The notes beneath the pieces are model-generated. The model was not told the DNA's origin. It saw only the letters and a list, made by a program, of their open reading frames with translations, and did not search any database. Position numbers and translations under genes: made by a program. Positions 24,914 to 34,498 of a stretch of 64,000 nucleotides of DNA are shown here, piece by piece (position 1 is the first letter of the stretch; every line of letters begins with the position of its first letter). Location of the stretch: contig CAWCMR010000015.1 of assembly GCA_963796685.1 (NCBI GenBank), positions 96,001 through 160,000 of the forward strand. Reading direction: 5' to 3'. The stretch is from an uncultured delta proteobacterium (lineage in GTDB: Bacteria > Myxococcota_A > Polyangia > Fen-1088).

Positions 24914-25682
24914 ATGCCAGCCTGCCCTTCACGCCTCGAGCTTCTCGCGCTGGGAAGCCCATCCCGAGCCCGAGCGTCCTGCCGAGCTCGTCGCCCACCT
25001 CGGAGGCTGCGGGCGATGTGCTGCCGTGCTGGCTGACATCTCCAATGCGCGCTCCCTATTGCTTGGTGCCGATCCGGCCGAAGCCAGTGTTCGGGCAGCG
25101 CGGAGAATCATGGACGTGGCCCGGCAACGCCGGCGCAGGCAGCGCTGGCTGCGCTTTCTGGCTCCCGCTTTTCTGGTCCCGGCGACGGCGGCCTTGCTGC
25201 TCTTCGCGCGGCCGGCCTTGCGCTCGTACGTCGCCGGAGAGGAAGGTGGCAGCGCCATCAAAGGCCGGCTCATCGTCGAGACCTACTGCAAACGCGGAGA
25301 CAAGGTTTTTCCCGCGGTGGATGGGGCGGATTTCAGCGAAGGCGATCGCCTTCGCTTCGCCTACAGCAACGACCGGCCTGGCTACCTCCTGATCTTCGGG
25401 GTCGACGACCAGGGTAAGGTATTTCCCTACTATGAGGAGCACGCCCTGGTCGGTGTGCCTGTGGATGCGGGCGGGCACGTGTTCTTGCCGGACTCGATTC
25501 AGCTCGACGATCACAAGGGCTGGGAGCGCATCTTCGCCCTGTGGTCGGAGACGCAATTCGACGATGACGTCGTGCGCGGGGCGGTGGGCGCCGCGTTGTC
25601 CGCGGTGGATAGTGACGTCCGCCGCATGACGGCCCTTGACCTGCCCGTGCAGCAGGTGTCAATGCTACTAAGGAGACCCTGA
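24914..25682 (+). CDS. Zinc-binding anti-sigma factor with TM helix and DUF4384-like periplasmic domain, frameshift near 24942
   Basis: After removing one base: MPACPSRLELSRWE...AHLGGCGRC (HxxxCxxC), TM FLAPAFLVPATAALLLF, then GDRLRFAY...GYLLIFGVDDQGKVFPYY. Confidence 0.75.
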
Positions 25683-25683
25683 G

Positions 25684-27237
25684 ATGCGGTCCTTCCTTTC
25701 AGGCATTTTGGCCTTGGCAATCGGGCTTGGGTTTGCCGCGGCTCCGGCGCGCGCGCAGTCCAGGCAGGTTCGCCTTGGCTTGGTGGTCGGGAACAACACC
25801 GGTGAGGATCCCGCCCACAGCTTGCGGTATGCCGAGGAGGAGGTCGGGCGCCTCGCGGAACTGCTCAAGACAGCCGGTGATTTCGACGACATCGTGACCC
25901 TGCGCGGGGCAGGCCGGGCCGAGATCGAAAAGGGCCTGGTGGAGGCTCGCAAAAGGCTTGCAGCCGCCAAGGCCGCAGGCAACCAGACCCTGTTCCTCTT
26001 CTACTACTCCGGTCACGGCGACAACGAAGCGCTCGAGCTCGGCTCCGAACGTCTGCCTCTGCGCGACCTGCGCAGCTATCTCGAACAGCTCAGCGCCGCA
26101 GATGTGCGCGTGGCATTCGTCGACGCCTGCCAGTCCGGCGCTCTCACCGGTGTAAAAGGTGGGCGGCACGCGCCTGGTTACGAGGTCCGGTTGGCCGATC
26201 CGGGCCAGGTCAAGGGCATGGCCATCGTGACCTCGTCGACGGCGAATGAATTTTCGCAAGAGTCGGACGATCTCAAGGGATCGTTCTTCAGCCAGAGCAT
26301 CATGGCCGGCTTGCGCGGGGCCGCGGATTCGTCCCACGACGGCCAGGTGACCTTGAGCGAGGTCTACCAATTCGCGTTCAAGCGCACCCTGGCGAGCACG
26401 GCGGCGAGCCTGACGGGTGGGCAGCACCCGACCTACGACTATCGCATGGCCGGCGCTGGCGACGTGGTCCTCACGCGGACGCGCCCCAGGGACGCTCGGC
26501 TGGCCTTCGCGCGCGAGGCGGGCTCCACCTACACGGTTCTGAGCAGGACGCGCGATGAAGTGATCGCCGAGGTGCCATCGAGCGCCGGCGAAGACCTGTA
26601 CCTGGCGTTGCCCGCGGGGGAGTACCGCGTGGTACGCCGAACCATGGGCAACGTCAGCGAGCGGACCCTGTCGCTCGCCCCTGGCAGCGTCACCACGGTC
26701 GATCCCACTGGCATGATTGCGGTTCCCCAGGGCAGCTGGCGTAGCAAGGGCGGCGATTTGGAGCTGCGCAATCGCCTGGGCGCCTACGTGGGGGTCAGCG
26801 CATCGGTCGTTCCAGGCAGCCCTGGGTATCTCGGCACCCTCGCGCTTTCTTATGCACGCGACTTGCGCTGGGCCATGTTGCGCGGGCGAATCAGCGCGGC
26901 GTCCTTCGATTCGCAGCAGGATATCTACCGCTCGTCGCTCCTGCGCGCGGCCGCGAGCGCGGACCTTTTGCTGCCGCTCGTGCTCGCTCCTCACTTGTCG
27001 ATTCAGGCCGGGCCGTCCCTGGGGGTGCCCATGGTACGCCAGCGCGATGCGAGCGGCGTTGTAACGAGCTCTTTTGGTTTCGCCTACGGTGGTGCGGTCG
27101 TGGTCAGCACGCGCCTCTACGGTAGGACCTACCTCTCGCTCAATCTCGATGGCGGCGGCGAGGTCTTCCGCCTGGACAGCCATCGCGTGAACCGTGCGAC
27201 GGGCAGCGCCCTGATGGGCGGCGTGGTGGCGTTTTAG
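25684..27237 (+). CDS. Exported caspase-family (peptidase C14) protease with C-terminal beta-barrel-like domain
   Basis: Signal peptide APARA, LVVGNN, LRYA, FYYSGHG (catalytic His), VDACQSG (catalytic Cys), GLRGAAD..DGQVTLSE and C-terminal Phe. Confidence 0.88.
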   Translation: MRSFLSGILALAIGLGFAAAPARAQSRQVRLGLVVGNNTGEDPAHSLRYAEEEVGRLAELLKTAGDFDDIVTLRGAGRAEIEKGLVEARKRLAAAKAAGNQTLFLFYYSGHGDNEALELGSERLPLRDLRSYLEQLSAADVRVAFVDACQSGALTGVKGGRHAPGYEVRLADPGQVKGMAIVTSSTANEFSQESDDLKGSFFSQSIMAGLRGAADSSHDGQVTLSEVYQFAFKRTLASTAASLTGGQHPTYDYRMAGAGDVVLTRTRPRDARLAFAREAGSTYTVLSRTRDEVIAEVPSSAGEDLYLALPAGEYRVVRRTMGNVSERTLSLAPGSVTTVDPTGMIAVPQGSWRSKGGDLELRNRLGAYVGVSASVVPGSPGYLGTLALSYARDLRWAMLRGRISAASFDSQQDIYRSSLLRAAASADLLLPLVLAPHLSIQAGPSLGVPMVRQRDASGVVTSSFGFAYGGAVVVSTRLYGRTYLSLNLDGGGEVFRLDSHRVNRATGSALMGGVVAF

Positions 27238-27254
27238 GCGCGCCCGCTCTCCGG

Positions 27255-27383
27255 GGTACCCGCAAGAGACACCACGACCGGTGCACGCACCCAATCGGGG
27301 CCATGACGGATAGTCGTGGACGACAATGACAACCGGCCACGGCCACGGCCACGACCACGGCCACGGCCTTCTGCGGCTATCGC
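27255..27383 (+). repeat. Hexamer-stem repeat, degenerate internally deleted copy C
   Basis: GGTACC..AAGAGACACC..CACCCAATCGGGGCCATGACGG..(CCACGR)n CCTTCTGCGGCTATCGC matches copy A. Confidence 0.75.
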
Positions 27384-27656
27384 TGCCTTATGGGCTTCTC
27401 TGGGAACGTATACAAAAGCGCCAACCTCGTGTACAGTCCCCGCGTCGATTCAGTGCCAGCGCTCAATGATTTCGATGGCGGTTGCGTTTATGGGTTCCCA
27501 ACCCAAGCCATTCGTTTGTTTGGAACTGCAAATAGAAGCACAACAGTCGGGCATGGGCGGCGGCAAGACTGACACGTTCAGATCCAGGGCCGGAATGGCG
27601 GTTCTGGTTTCCATCATCCGTCGGGGGCTCGTCGCCCCCTGTTATCAACCTCGGGA

Positions 27657-29510
27657 GTGACCATGTTGCGTTCAATTCAATCCACGGCCTTTCTCGGAAC
27701 CATCCTATTAACAGGCGCTGCGATGGCTCAACCCAACGCTCCGGCCCCAACGACCCCGGCCTCTGCCGAGAGTCCCGCCAACCCGCCCGCTGCGGCTCCG
27801 GCGCCCGCCGCGAAAGCCGAGGAAGCCCCTGCGCCGGCGCCCGTCGCGGTGCCCGCACCGCCGCCCCCCGAGGCGCAGCCCGTGGTGCAAGCGCCCAAGG
27901 CGAAGAAACGGACCGTTGCGGGCGCCGGCCTCGATAGCCAGAGCCTGACCTATTCCTCCGGCAATACCGAGGCGGTCGAGTCGACCACCTCGGACAAAGA
28001 CTGGGGCTTCAAGTTCAAGGGCTACTTCCGTGGACCCATGCGCGTCGGTATCACCGAGGCGGGGTACCTCAACTCCGCGACGGGGAGTACCGCCCCCGGC
28101 TATACTCCCAGCACGTTGCAATTCCATGCCCCACCCGTCACGCCTGATTCCAACTATACCCGCTGGGATTTTACCGGGATCAGCCCAGGGCCGTGGGCCG
28201 AGCTCTTCTTCCAGTACGGCAACCAGCGGGTCATGATGACCACCTCCATCGCCAGCTACAACATCACCTCGGGCGGCTGGCGCGAATTGCAAGATCAGCT
28301 CGGCATCGACCGCGCCTTCCTGACCTTGAAGTTCCCCGAAGCCCTGGGCAACCTGGGCGGCATGGCGTGGGACGTGGGTGTGTTCTCGAACTTCTACGGC
28401 GCCCTCGGCAAGTATGACGGCGGCGAGTACCAAACCTACCTGTTCGGCCGAACCCGTCTCGCCGGCGCAACCGGGACCGCAGACCTGGAGCTCAACGACG
28501 ACTGGAAGCTGGTCGTCGAGGGCGGTTTCGGCGCCAAGATGGACCAGATGTATCAGATGTACGGACCCACCTCCGCCGCCCCAACCCTTGCGGCCAACGC
28601 GCCCAGGTACGAGTATCCATCCTGGGTGCCCTATCCGGGGCAAGACGTTCAGAACGGAACGAACCTGTTGGCGCACATTCACGTCGGATTCGTCTACGAC
28701 AGCGTGTGGACCTTCACCGGCCACTACATCAACTCCTTCGTGCGAGATAACCGCTGGAACGTGGCGTCCACGGGTGGCACCTCGCTGAGGCCTGCCTACG
28801 ACAAGGCTCCCGGCTCGGCGTCGATTCAAGTCATGGGCGGCGACGTCCGATGGGCTGGCGGCTGGATCGATGCTTATGCCGGGTATTCCTACCTCAAGGG
28901 TCACAATGTTGGAGCCGTCAGCGACTCCATCGAGGTCCTTCACTCCCAGGGCGGCTGGCAGCTGGCGCAGAACTACTTCCAAGACCTGAAGGATCCCAAC
29001 CATATCGGCGACGGAGACGGGAACATCCACTCTGTCGCGGGCCAAGCCACGTTCAGCCTGGCGGGATTCATGATGCGTCCGCGGCCATTCTGGGGACAAG
29101 GTACCGATGTCAACGTCACGCTCTTCGGCATGTACAACAAGATCACCGGGACGCACTACACCGACACCAACCTCTCCAAGCTGAAGTATGGCGCCGACAT
29201 CATCTACTCCTTCATGCCCATGATGGCCGTGGCGACTCGCCTCGATGCCGTGAACCCGGATATGGGCGACAGCACCCAGAGCTTCTACGCTCTTTCGCCC
29301 AGGCTCGTTTTCCGCAGCGAGTTCGTCACGCACGAGATGGTCACCCTGCAGTACTCGCGCTACTTCTACGGCTCGGCGTACAAGGACCCATCGCGCGTGG
29401 ACGATGTCATGCCATGGCCCTTCGGAGCGAATGGCACCTACGACATCAGGGTCCTGGGCGGCCATCCGGACGAGAACGTGGTCACGCTTTCCGCCAGCAT
29501 GTGGTGGTAG
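27657..29510 (+). CDS. Exported, probable outer-membrane beta-barrel (porin-like) protein
   Basis: Signal peptide AMA, P/A linker, aromatic-rich amphipathic strands and C-terminus LSASMWW. Confidence 0.6.
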   Translation: MTMLRSIQSTAFLGTILLTGAAMAQPNAPAPTTPASAESPANPPAAAPAPAAKAEEAPAPAPVAVPAPPPPEAQPVVQAPKAKKRTVAGAGLDSQSLTYSSGNTEAVESTTSDKDWGFKFKGYFRGPMRVGITEAGYLNSATGSTAPGYTPSTLQFHAPPVTPDSNYTRWDFTGISPGPWAELFFQYGNQRVMMTTSIASYNITSGGWRELQDQLGIDRAFLTLKFPEALGNLGGMAWDVGVFSNFYGALGKYDGGEYQTYLFGRTRLAGATGTADLELNDDWKLVVEGGFGAKMDQMYQMYGPTSAAPTLAANAPRYEYPSWVPYPGQDVQNGTNLLAHIHVGFVYDSVWTFTGHYINSFVRDNRWNVASTGGTSLRPAYDKAPGSASIQVMGGDVRWAGGWIDAYAGYSYLKGHNVGAVSDSIEVLHSQGGWQLAQNYFQDLKDPNHIGDGDGNIHSVAGQATFSLAGFMMRPRPFWGQGTDVNVTLFGMYNKITGTHYTDTNLSKLKYGADIIYSFMPMMAVATRLDAVNPDMGDSTQSFYALSPRLVFRSEFVTHEMVTLQYSRYFYGSAYKDPSRVDDVMPWPFGANGTYDIRVLGGHPDENVVTLSASMWW

Positions 29511-29513
29511 CGA

Positions 29514-31391
29514 ATGAGGGCAGTCAGGCTGCTTCCCTGGCTTCTCGGGGTTGCAGCCTGCGTTCCCATCGGAAAAACTCGGCCCGGCGCCGGCGGAGGT
29601 AATCCCGGTAAGCTCGCCGCCGTTCCCGGCCGCATCGCCGTCGATCCGCGCCACCTGATTCTGGTCAATCAGGTGGGCTATTTCACCGATCTGGCCAAGC
29701 TCGCCACCCTGCGCTCGGATGCGAGGCAGCCGCTCGATTGGAAGCTCTTCGCCGCCGACGGAAGCGAGGTGGCCTATGGCAAATCGCAACCGGCGGGCTT
29801 GGATGTTCCCTCGGGCGACGCCGTTCACATCATCGACTTCACCGAATTCACGGGCACCGGCCGTGGCTTCACCCTGGCGGTGGGCGCGGAGCGCAGCCCG
29901 CCGTTCGAAATCGGCACGGGCATCTACCACAAGCTGAAGTACGACGCGCTTTCGTATTTCTACCACAACCGCTCGGGCATCGAGATTGCCATGCCCTATG
30001 CCGGTGGCGAGCAGTGGACACGCCCGGCCGGGCATCTGTCCGACAAGAACGTTCCCTGCGCGCCCAGCGCCGGTTGTTCCTACAGCCTGGACGTCCGCGG
30101 CGGCTGGTACGACGCCGGCGATCACGGCAAGTACGTGATCAGCGGTGCCATCTCGGTGTGGACGCTGCTCGACCTGTACGAGCGCGAGCAGTTCATCGGC
30201 GGGTCCACCGCCGCGGTCGCTGACGGCACCATGAGCCTTCCCGAGAGCAAGAATGGCGTGCCCGATCTGCTCGACGAGGCGCGCTGGGAGCTGGAGCTCC
30301 TGCTCGAGATGCAGGTGCCGGTTGGACAGCCCAAGGCGGGCATGGTCCACCACAAAATCCACGACAAGGCGTGGACCGCGCTCGGCCTGGCGCCGAGCGA
30401 CGATCCGATGCCGCGCTTCCTCTATCCGGTCTCGACCGCGGCGACGCTGGATCTGGCCGCGGTGGCCGCGCAGGCCGGCCGGATCTGGAGGACCCTCGAT
30501 CCCAAGTTTTCGGCCCGCTGTATCGCCGCGGCCGAGAGGGCATGGGCTGCCGCGGTCGCCAACCCCGAAGCTCTGGCCGTGGCCGGGGGCGAGGGCGGCG
30601 GGCCCTACGCGGATAAGCAAGTCGACGACGAATTCTACTGGGCAGCGGCGGAGCTGTTCATCACCACCAGGCGACCCGCGTATCGGCAGTACCTGGTCGC
30701 CTCCCCGAGCTACCTGAAGGTGCCTGCGCACCTGCGCGACGGTGAGGGCGGGGGCATTCCGTCGAGCATGACCTGGCAGGAGGTGGCCGCGCTCGGCACC
30801 CTCTCGCTGGCCGTGGTCCCGAACGCGCTGCCACCGGCGGAGCGAAAGACCGCCCGCGACGCCGTGATCGCCGCAGCCGACAGCTATATGGCCATCCTCA
30901 GGCATCGGGGCTTCCGCGTGCCCATCGACTGGGGCAAGGAGAACAAGGCGCCCTGGGGCTCCAATTCGTTCCTGCTCAACAACCTGATCGTCCTGGGGCT
31001 GGCCGCGGACTTCACGGATGCGCGCAAGTATCTCAACGCGGTGGTGGCGGGCATGGACTATATCCTCGGCCGCAACGCCATGGATCAGTCGTACGTCACT
31101 GGATACGGCAGCAGGCCGCTGATGAATCCGCACCACCGCTTCTGGGCCTACCAAGCGAACAGCAAGTTCCCGCATGCACCGCCCGGAGCGGTGTCCGGTG
31201 GACCGAACTCGGGTCTGCAGGATCCCTACGTCAAGGCCGCCCACATGCGCGGTTGCGTCGCCGAGAAGTGTTTCGCCGACAACATCGAATCGTGGTCGAC
31301 CAACGAAGTCGCCATCAACTGGAACGCGCCGCTGGCCTGGGTTCTCTTCTACCTCGACGAAAAGGGGTCGACGGCAAAGCCGGCCAAGTAG
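29514..31391 (+). CDS. Glycoside hydrolase family 9 endoglucanase (Ig-like + GH9), lipoprotein
   Basis: Lipobox VAAC, VNQVGY, DVRGGWYDAGDHGKY, YILGRN, PHHR and NEVAINWNA. Confidence 0.92.
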   Translation: MRAVRLLPWLLGVAACVPIGKTRPGAGGGNPGKLAAVPGRIAVDPRHLILVNQVGYFTDLAKLATLRSDARQPLDWKLFAADGSEVAYGKSQPAGLDVPSGDAVHIIDFTEFTGTGRGFTLAVGAERSPPFEIGTGIYHKLKYDALSYFYHNRSGIEIAMPYAGGEQWTRPAGHLSDKNVPCAPSAGCSYSLDVRGGWYDAGDHGKYVISGAISVWTLLDLYEREQFIGGSTAAVADGTMSLPESKNGVPDLLDEARWELELLLEMQVPVGQPKAGMVHHKIHDKAWTALGLAPSDDPMPRFLYPVSTAATLDLAAVAAQAGRIWRTLDPKFSARCIAAAERAWAAAVANPEALAVAGGEGGGPYADKQVDDEFYWAAAELFITTRRPAYRQYLVASPSYLKVPAHLRDGEGGGIPSSMTWQEVAALGTLSLAVVPNALPPAERKTARDAVIAAADSYMAILRHRGFRVPIDWGKENKAPWGSNSFLLNNLIVLGLAADFTDARKYLNAVVAGMDYILGRNAMDQSYVTGYGSRPLMNPHHRFWAYQANSKFPHAPPGAVSGGPNSGLQDPYVKAAHMRGCVAEKCFADNIESWSTNEVAINWNAPLAWVLFYLDEKGSTAKPAK

Positions 31392-31429
31392 ATCTCTTTC
31401 ACGCTAGACTCGGGTGAGGAGTCGCCGTC

Positions 31430-32023
31430 GTGTCCGCGCGCAAGCCGCCACCCAAGCCCGAGCCCGAAAGGGTAGGGGTGTGGTCGGGGCTAGGCGAGGA
31501 AGAGCGACGGCTCTTCGAGAAGAAGCTCGCTGGCGTGACGCCCTTGCGAAAGGGGAGCGATCGCGTCCTGCTGGAAAATGGTGGCTCGGGGCCGCAGGTC
31601 CCCGGCAAAGGCGCAGGCCACGGGGCTCGCGATGACGACCGGCTCGTCGTCGATCGTCAGGCTGATCGCATCACCGGCGCAGGCTATGGTGTCTCCCATG
31701 AGACCCTGCGCGCGCTCGCGCGGGGGGATATTCGCGCCGGGCGCACCTGCGACCTGCACGGTCTCGGCGCCGAGGCGGCCCGCCGTCGCATTCAACAATT
31801 CGTCCGCGACGCAGCTTGCGCGGGTGAGCGAGCGGTGCTGGTCATTTGCGGGCGCGGGCTGCACTCGGGCGGCAACGACCCCGTGCTTCGCGACGTCGCC
31901 GTCGAGGTGCTGTGCAACCGCCCGGCGCGGGCGCACGTCCTCGGCTTTTCCACCGCCACGCCGGCGCGCGGTGGCGACGGCGCGCTGGCGATCCTGCTTC
32001 GGCGGCCGGCCGGCGCCCGCTGA
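31430..32023 (+). CDS. Smr-domain protein
   Basis: DLHG, VICGRGLHS and GGDGAL. Confidence 0.85.
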   Translation: MSARKPPPKPEPERVGVWSGLGEEERRLFEKKLAGVTPLRKGSDRVLLENGGSGPQVPGKGAGHGARDDDRLVVDRQADRITGAGYGVSHETLRALARGDIRAGRTCDLHGLGAEAARRRIQQFVRDAACAGERAVLVICGRGLHSGGNDPVLRDVAVEVLCNRPARAHVLGFSTATPARGGDGALAILLRRPAGAR

Positions 32024-32077
32024 TTCGACGGGCGATTCCTGTCGGCGCCTGGCCCCACATGAGGGTAGATTTCGTCC

Positions 32078-32986
32078 ATGGCCATGGTCCCGAAGAACAA
32101 CCCGACGAAATCCCATCGTGAGCTAGCCGGCCGCATCCTGCGCATGGGCAAAAAGGCCGGCGAATCGGTGCTCGCCGGCGCGCTGCCTTCGCCAGACGAG
32201 ATCGCCGCCATCGTGAACGACTTCCTGTCGGTCATCCTCCCAGGCACTCGGCGCACCAGGCTGGCCGCGGGCTTTTCCCATGACGACGCTCGCGAGCGGT
32301 TGGCCGAAGTGCTGGTGGATCTGGAGTCCCGTCTGGAGGATGCCTTGTTTCTGACCGCGCACCGTCTACACCATGGCAAACCCCAAGCGAGGGATGTGTG
32401 CAGGCGCAAGGCGCGAACCGTGACCGCGCGTACCCTGGCAGCCCTGCCCGAGCTGCGGGCGATCCTCGCCCAGGACGTCCAGATCGCCTTCGAGGCCGAT
32501 CCCGCAGCCACCGGCACCGATGAGGTTGTCGCGTGCTACCCGGGGTTGTACGCCATCGCTGTCTTCCGCGCGGCCAATCGCCTCTTGCGCGAGGGGGGCG
32601 AGCTTCTGCCGCGCATGATGACGGAGCATGCGCACAGCCGCACGGGCATCGACATTCACCCAGGGGCCACCGTCGGCTCGCCGTTCTTCATCGATCACGG
32701 GACAGGCATCGTCATCGGCGAGACCACGCGCATCGGGAAGCCGGTGCGCATCTACCAGGGCGTGACCCTGGGCGCGCTCTCGATCAAACGCCAGAAGGCG
32801 GTGTCCAAGGACGGCGGTAAGCCCGTCGTTCCCCAGCGCCACCCGACCATCGAGGACGACGTGGTCATCTACGCCAACGCGACCATCCTGGGCGGCGACA
32901 CCGTGATTGGCAAAGGCGCCATGGTCGGGGCCAACGCCTGGATCACCTATTCGGTGCCCCCCGGACGTCGGGTCGGCGGCGGCTAG
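32078..32986 (+). CDS. cysE: Serine O-acetyltransferase
   Basis: DPAA, YPG, TGIDIHPGA, FIDHGTGIVIGET, YQGVTLG and RHPTIED. Confidence 0.93.
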   Translation: MAMVPKNNPTKSHRELAGRILRMGKKAGESVLAGALPSPDEIAAIVNDFLSVILPGTRRTRLAAGFSHDDARERLAEVLVDLESRLEDALFLTAHRLHHGKPQARDVCRRKARTVTARTLAALPELRAILAQDVQIAFEADPAATGTDEVVACYPGLYAIAVFRAANRLLREGGELLPRMMTEHAHSRTGIDIHPGATVGSPFFIDHGTGIVIGETTRIGKPVRIYQGVTLGALSIKRQKAVSKDGGKPVVPQRHPTIEDDVVIYANATILGGDTVIGKGAMVGANAWITYSVPPGRRVGGG

Positions 32987-33009
32987 CACCATCCGGGCAA
33001 GGTCCACCC

Positions 33010-34284
33010 ATGCCGATCTCGGGACGCCTGGTAGCGCTTCTGCGCGAAGTCGCGATCCAAATCAACGAGGCGCAAAAGCCCGTCCGCGTGATACCGGCCC
33101 TGACCTGGCCTGACGAAGTCGAGCGCGAGTTCTTCGCCCAGCATGCCTCCGTTCTTCCCAAACCCACCTACCATGTCCCTGCCGGCGTGGCCGAGGCGGC
33201 GACGGTCTTTCAGACCCTGGCGCGGCGGCTCGACGGCGACAACGAGATCGAGCGCTTTCTTCGCGAGACCTGCGTGGCCATGTCCACGGCTGCGCGCATG
33301 CTCCAGAGCATCGGCAGCCGCGACTTTTACCACCATTCCGTCGAGCTCTACGGCCGTCCCGCCGGCCTGTCTTCCGACAAGCGTACGACCAACCTGGATC
33401 TCGCAAGTCATTTCGAGCAGGTCATCGCAGGGTTCTCGCCGCCGCTGTCGGCGGTGGACCAGCCCACGCTGGGCGCGGAGGAGGCCGCCGAGATCCTGCG
33501 TGGGCGCTTCGTCGCGTTCTTCGCGAATCATCCGGTCAAGGTGCGGGTCGTCGAGCGCCTGGCGGCCTCGGCCTCGAGCACCGCCGCCGAGATCAGGCTC
33601 AAGTGCGATGCGCGCTTCTCGCCTCGCGATCTGCGCCAGATCGAGTTCCACGAGGGGCAGGTCCACATGTCGACCACGCTCAATGGTCGTGCCCAGGAGG
33701 TGATCCCATTCATCGGGGCGCCCTCGCCTCGTTCCTCGAGGACCCAGGAAGGGTTGGCGGTGTTCACCGAGTTCATCACCGGCTCTATTGGACTGTCGCG
33801 GGTTCGGCGTCTTTGCGATCGAACACGGGCCATCCACAAGGCCGAGGAGGGCGCGAGCTTCCTCGATATCTACCGCTATTTCCTCGAGCGTGGCCTCGAC
33901 GAGCACGGTGCGTTCGACTGCGCCCGCCGGGTGATGCGTGGCGGGCTCATGGAGGGCGGAGCGCCCTTCACCAAGGATGGCTGCTATCTCGACGGTCTTT
34001 TGCGCGTAACCAACTTCCTGCGCATGGCCCTGGTCAAGGGACAGAGTCAGCTGGTTCGGATGCTCTTCGTGGGCAAGCTGGCGGTCGAGGACACGCCCCT
34101 TTTCGATCGCCTGGCGCGCGAGGGGTTGGTGAGCGAGCCGCTCTATCTACCCACGTGGGCCAAGGATCTCTCCTACCTGACGGCATTCATGAGCTATGCG
34201 GCCTTTCTGGGGCGCAGCGACCTCGGGGCCGAGCAGCGGCGCATGGAAGACCAGATCGCGCGCGCCGAGGCCGATCTGGTTTGA
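33010..34284 (+). CDS. QEGLA-motif (DUF1704) putative metallocarboxypeptidase
   Basis: HEGQVH (HExxxH), TQEGLAVF and FTKD.CYL.G. Confidence 0.85.
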   Translation: MPISGRLVALLREVAIQINEAQKPVRVIPALTWPDEVEREFFAQHASVLPKPTYHVPAGVAEAATVFQTLARRLDGDNEIERFLRETCVAMSTAARMLQSIGSRDFYHHSVELYGRPAGLSSDKRTTNLDLASHFEQVIAGFSPPLSAVDQPTLGAEEAAEILRGRFVAFFANHPVKVRVVERLAASASSTAAEIRLKCDARFSPRDLRQIEFHEGQVHMSTTLNGRAQEVIPFIGAPSPRSSRTQEGLAVFTEFITGSIGLSRVRRLCDRTRAIHKAEEGASFLDIYRYFLERGLDEHGAFDCARRVMRGGLMEGGAPFTKDGCYLDGLLRVTNFLRMALVKGQSQLVRMLFVGKLAVEDTPLFDRLAREGLVSEPLYLPTWAKDLSYLTAFMSYAAFLGRSDLGAEQRRMEDQIARAEADLV

Positions 34285-34301
34285 GGGGTCACTTTCCTAC
34301 C

Positions 34302-34498
34302 TGACAGCGCGGAAGGTACCAGAAGGGGGCACCTTCCCACGACAGATGCACCCACCCAATCGGAGCGATGACGGGTGGTCGTGGACGTAGACGGCTTACC
34401 GTGGCCGTGGACGTGGCCGACGGCAATCACCCGACCACGGCCACGACCACGACCACGGCCACGACCACGACGTCGACCCTCTGTCTCTATCGCGGGAT
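34302..34498 (+). repeat. Hexamer-stem repeat, copy B
   Basis: Near-identical to 16902..17092. Its last ~12 bp overlap the lipA stop codon. Confidence 0.85.

Noticed and set aside
25684-27237. Caspase as an anti-phage abortive-infection effector
   Set aside because: It has a signal peptide, and no gasdermin, NLR, TIR, CBASS or CRISPR genes are nearby; the context is an ECF/anti-sigma pair.
27708-31244. 1178-aa minus-strand ORF and many other long antisense ORFs (e.g. 19977..21926, 47428..49908)
   Set aside because: Shadow ORFs of high-GC codon bias opposite well-supported genes; no recognisable motifs.
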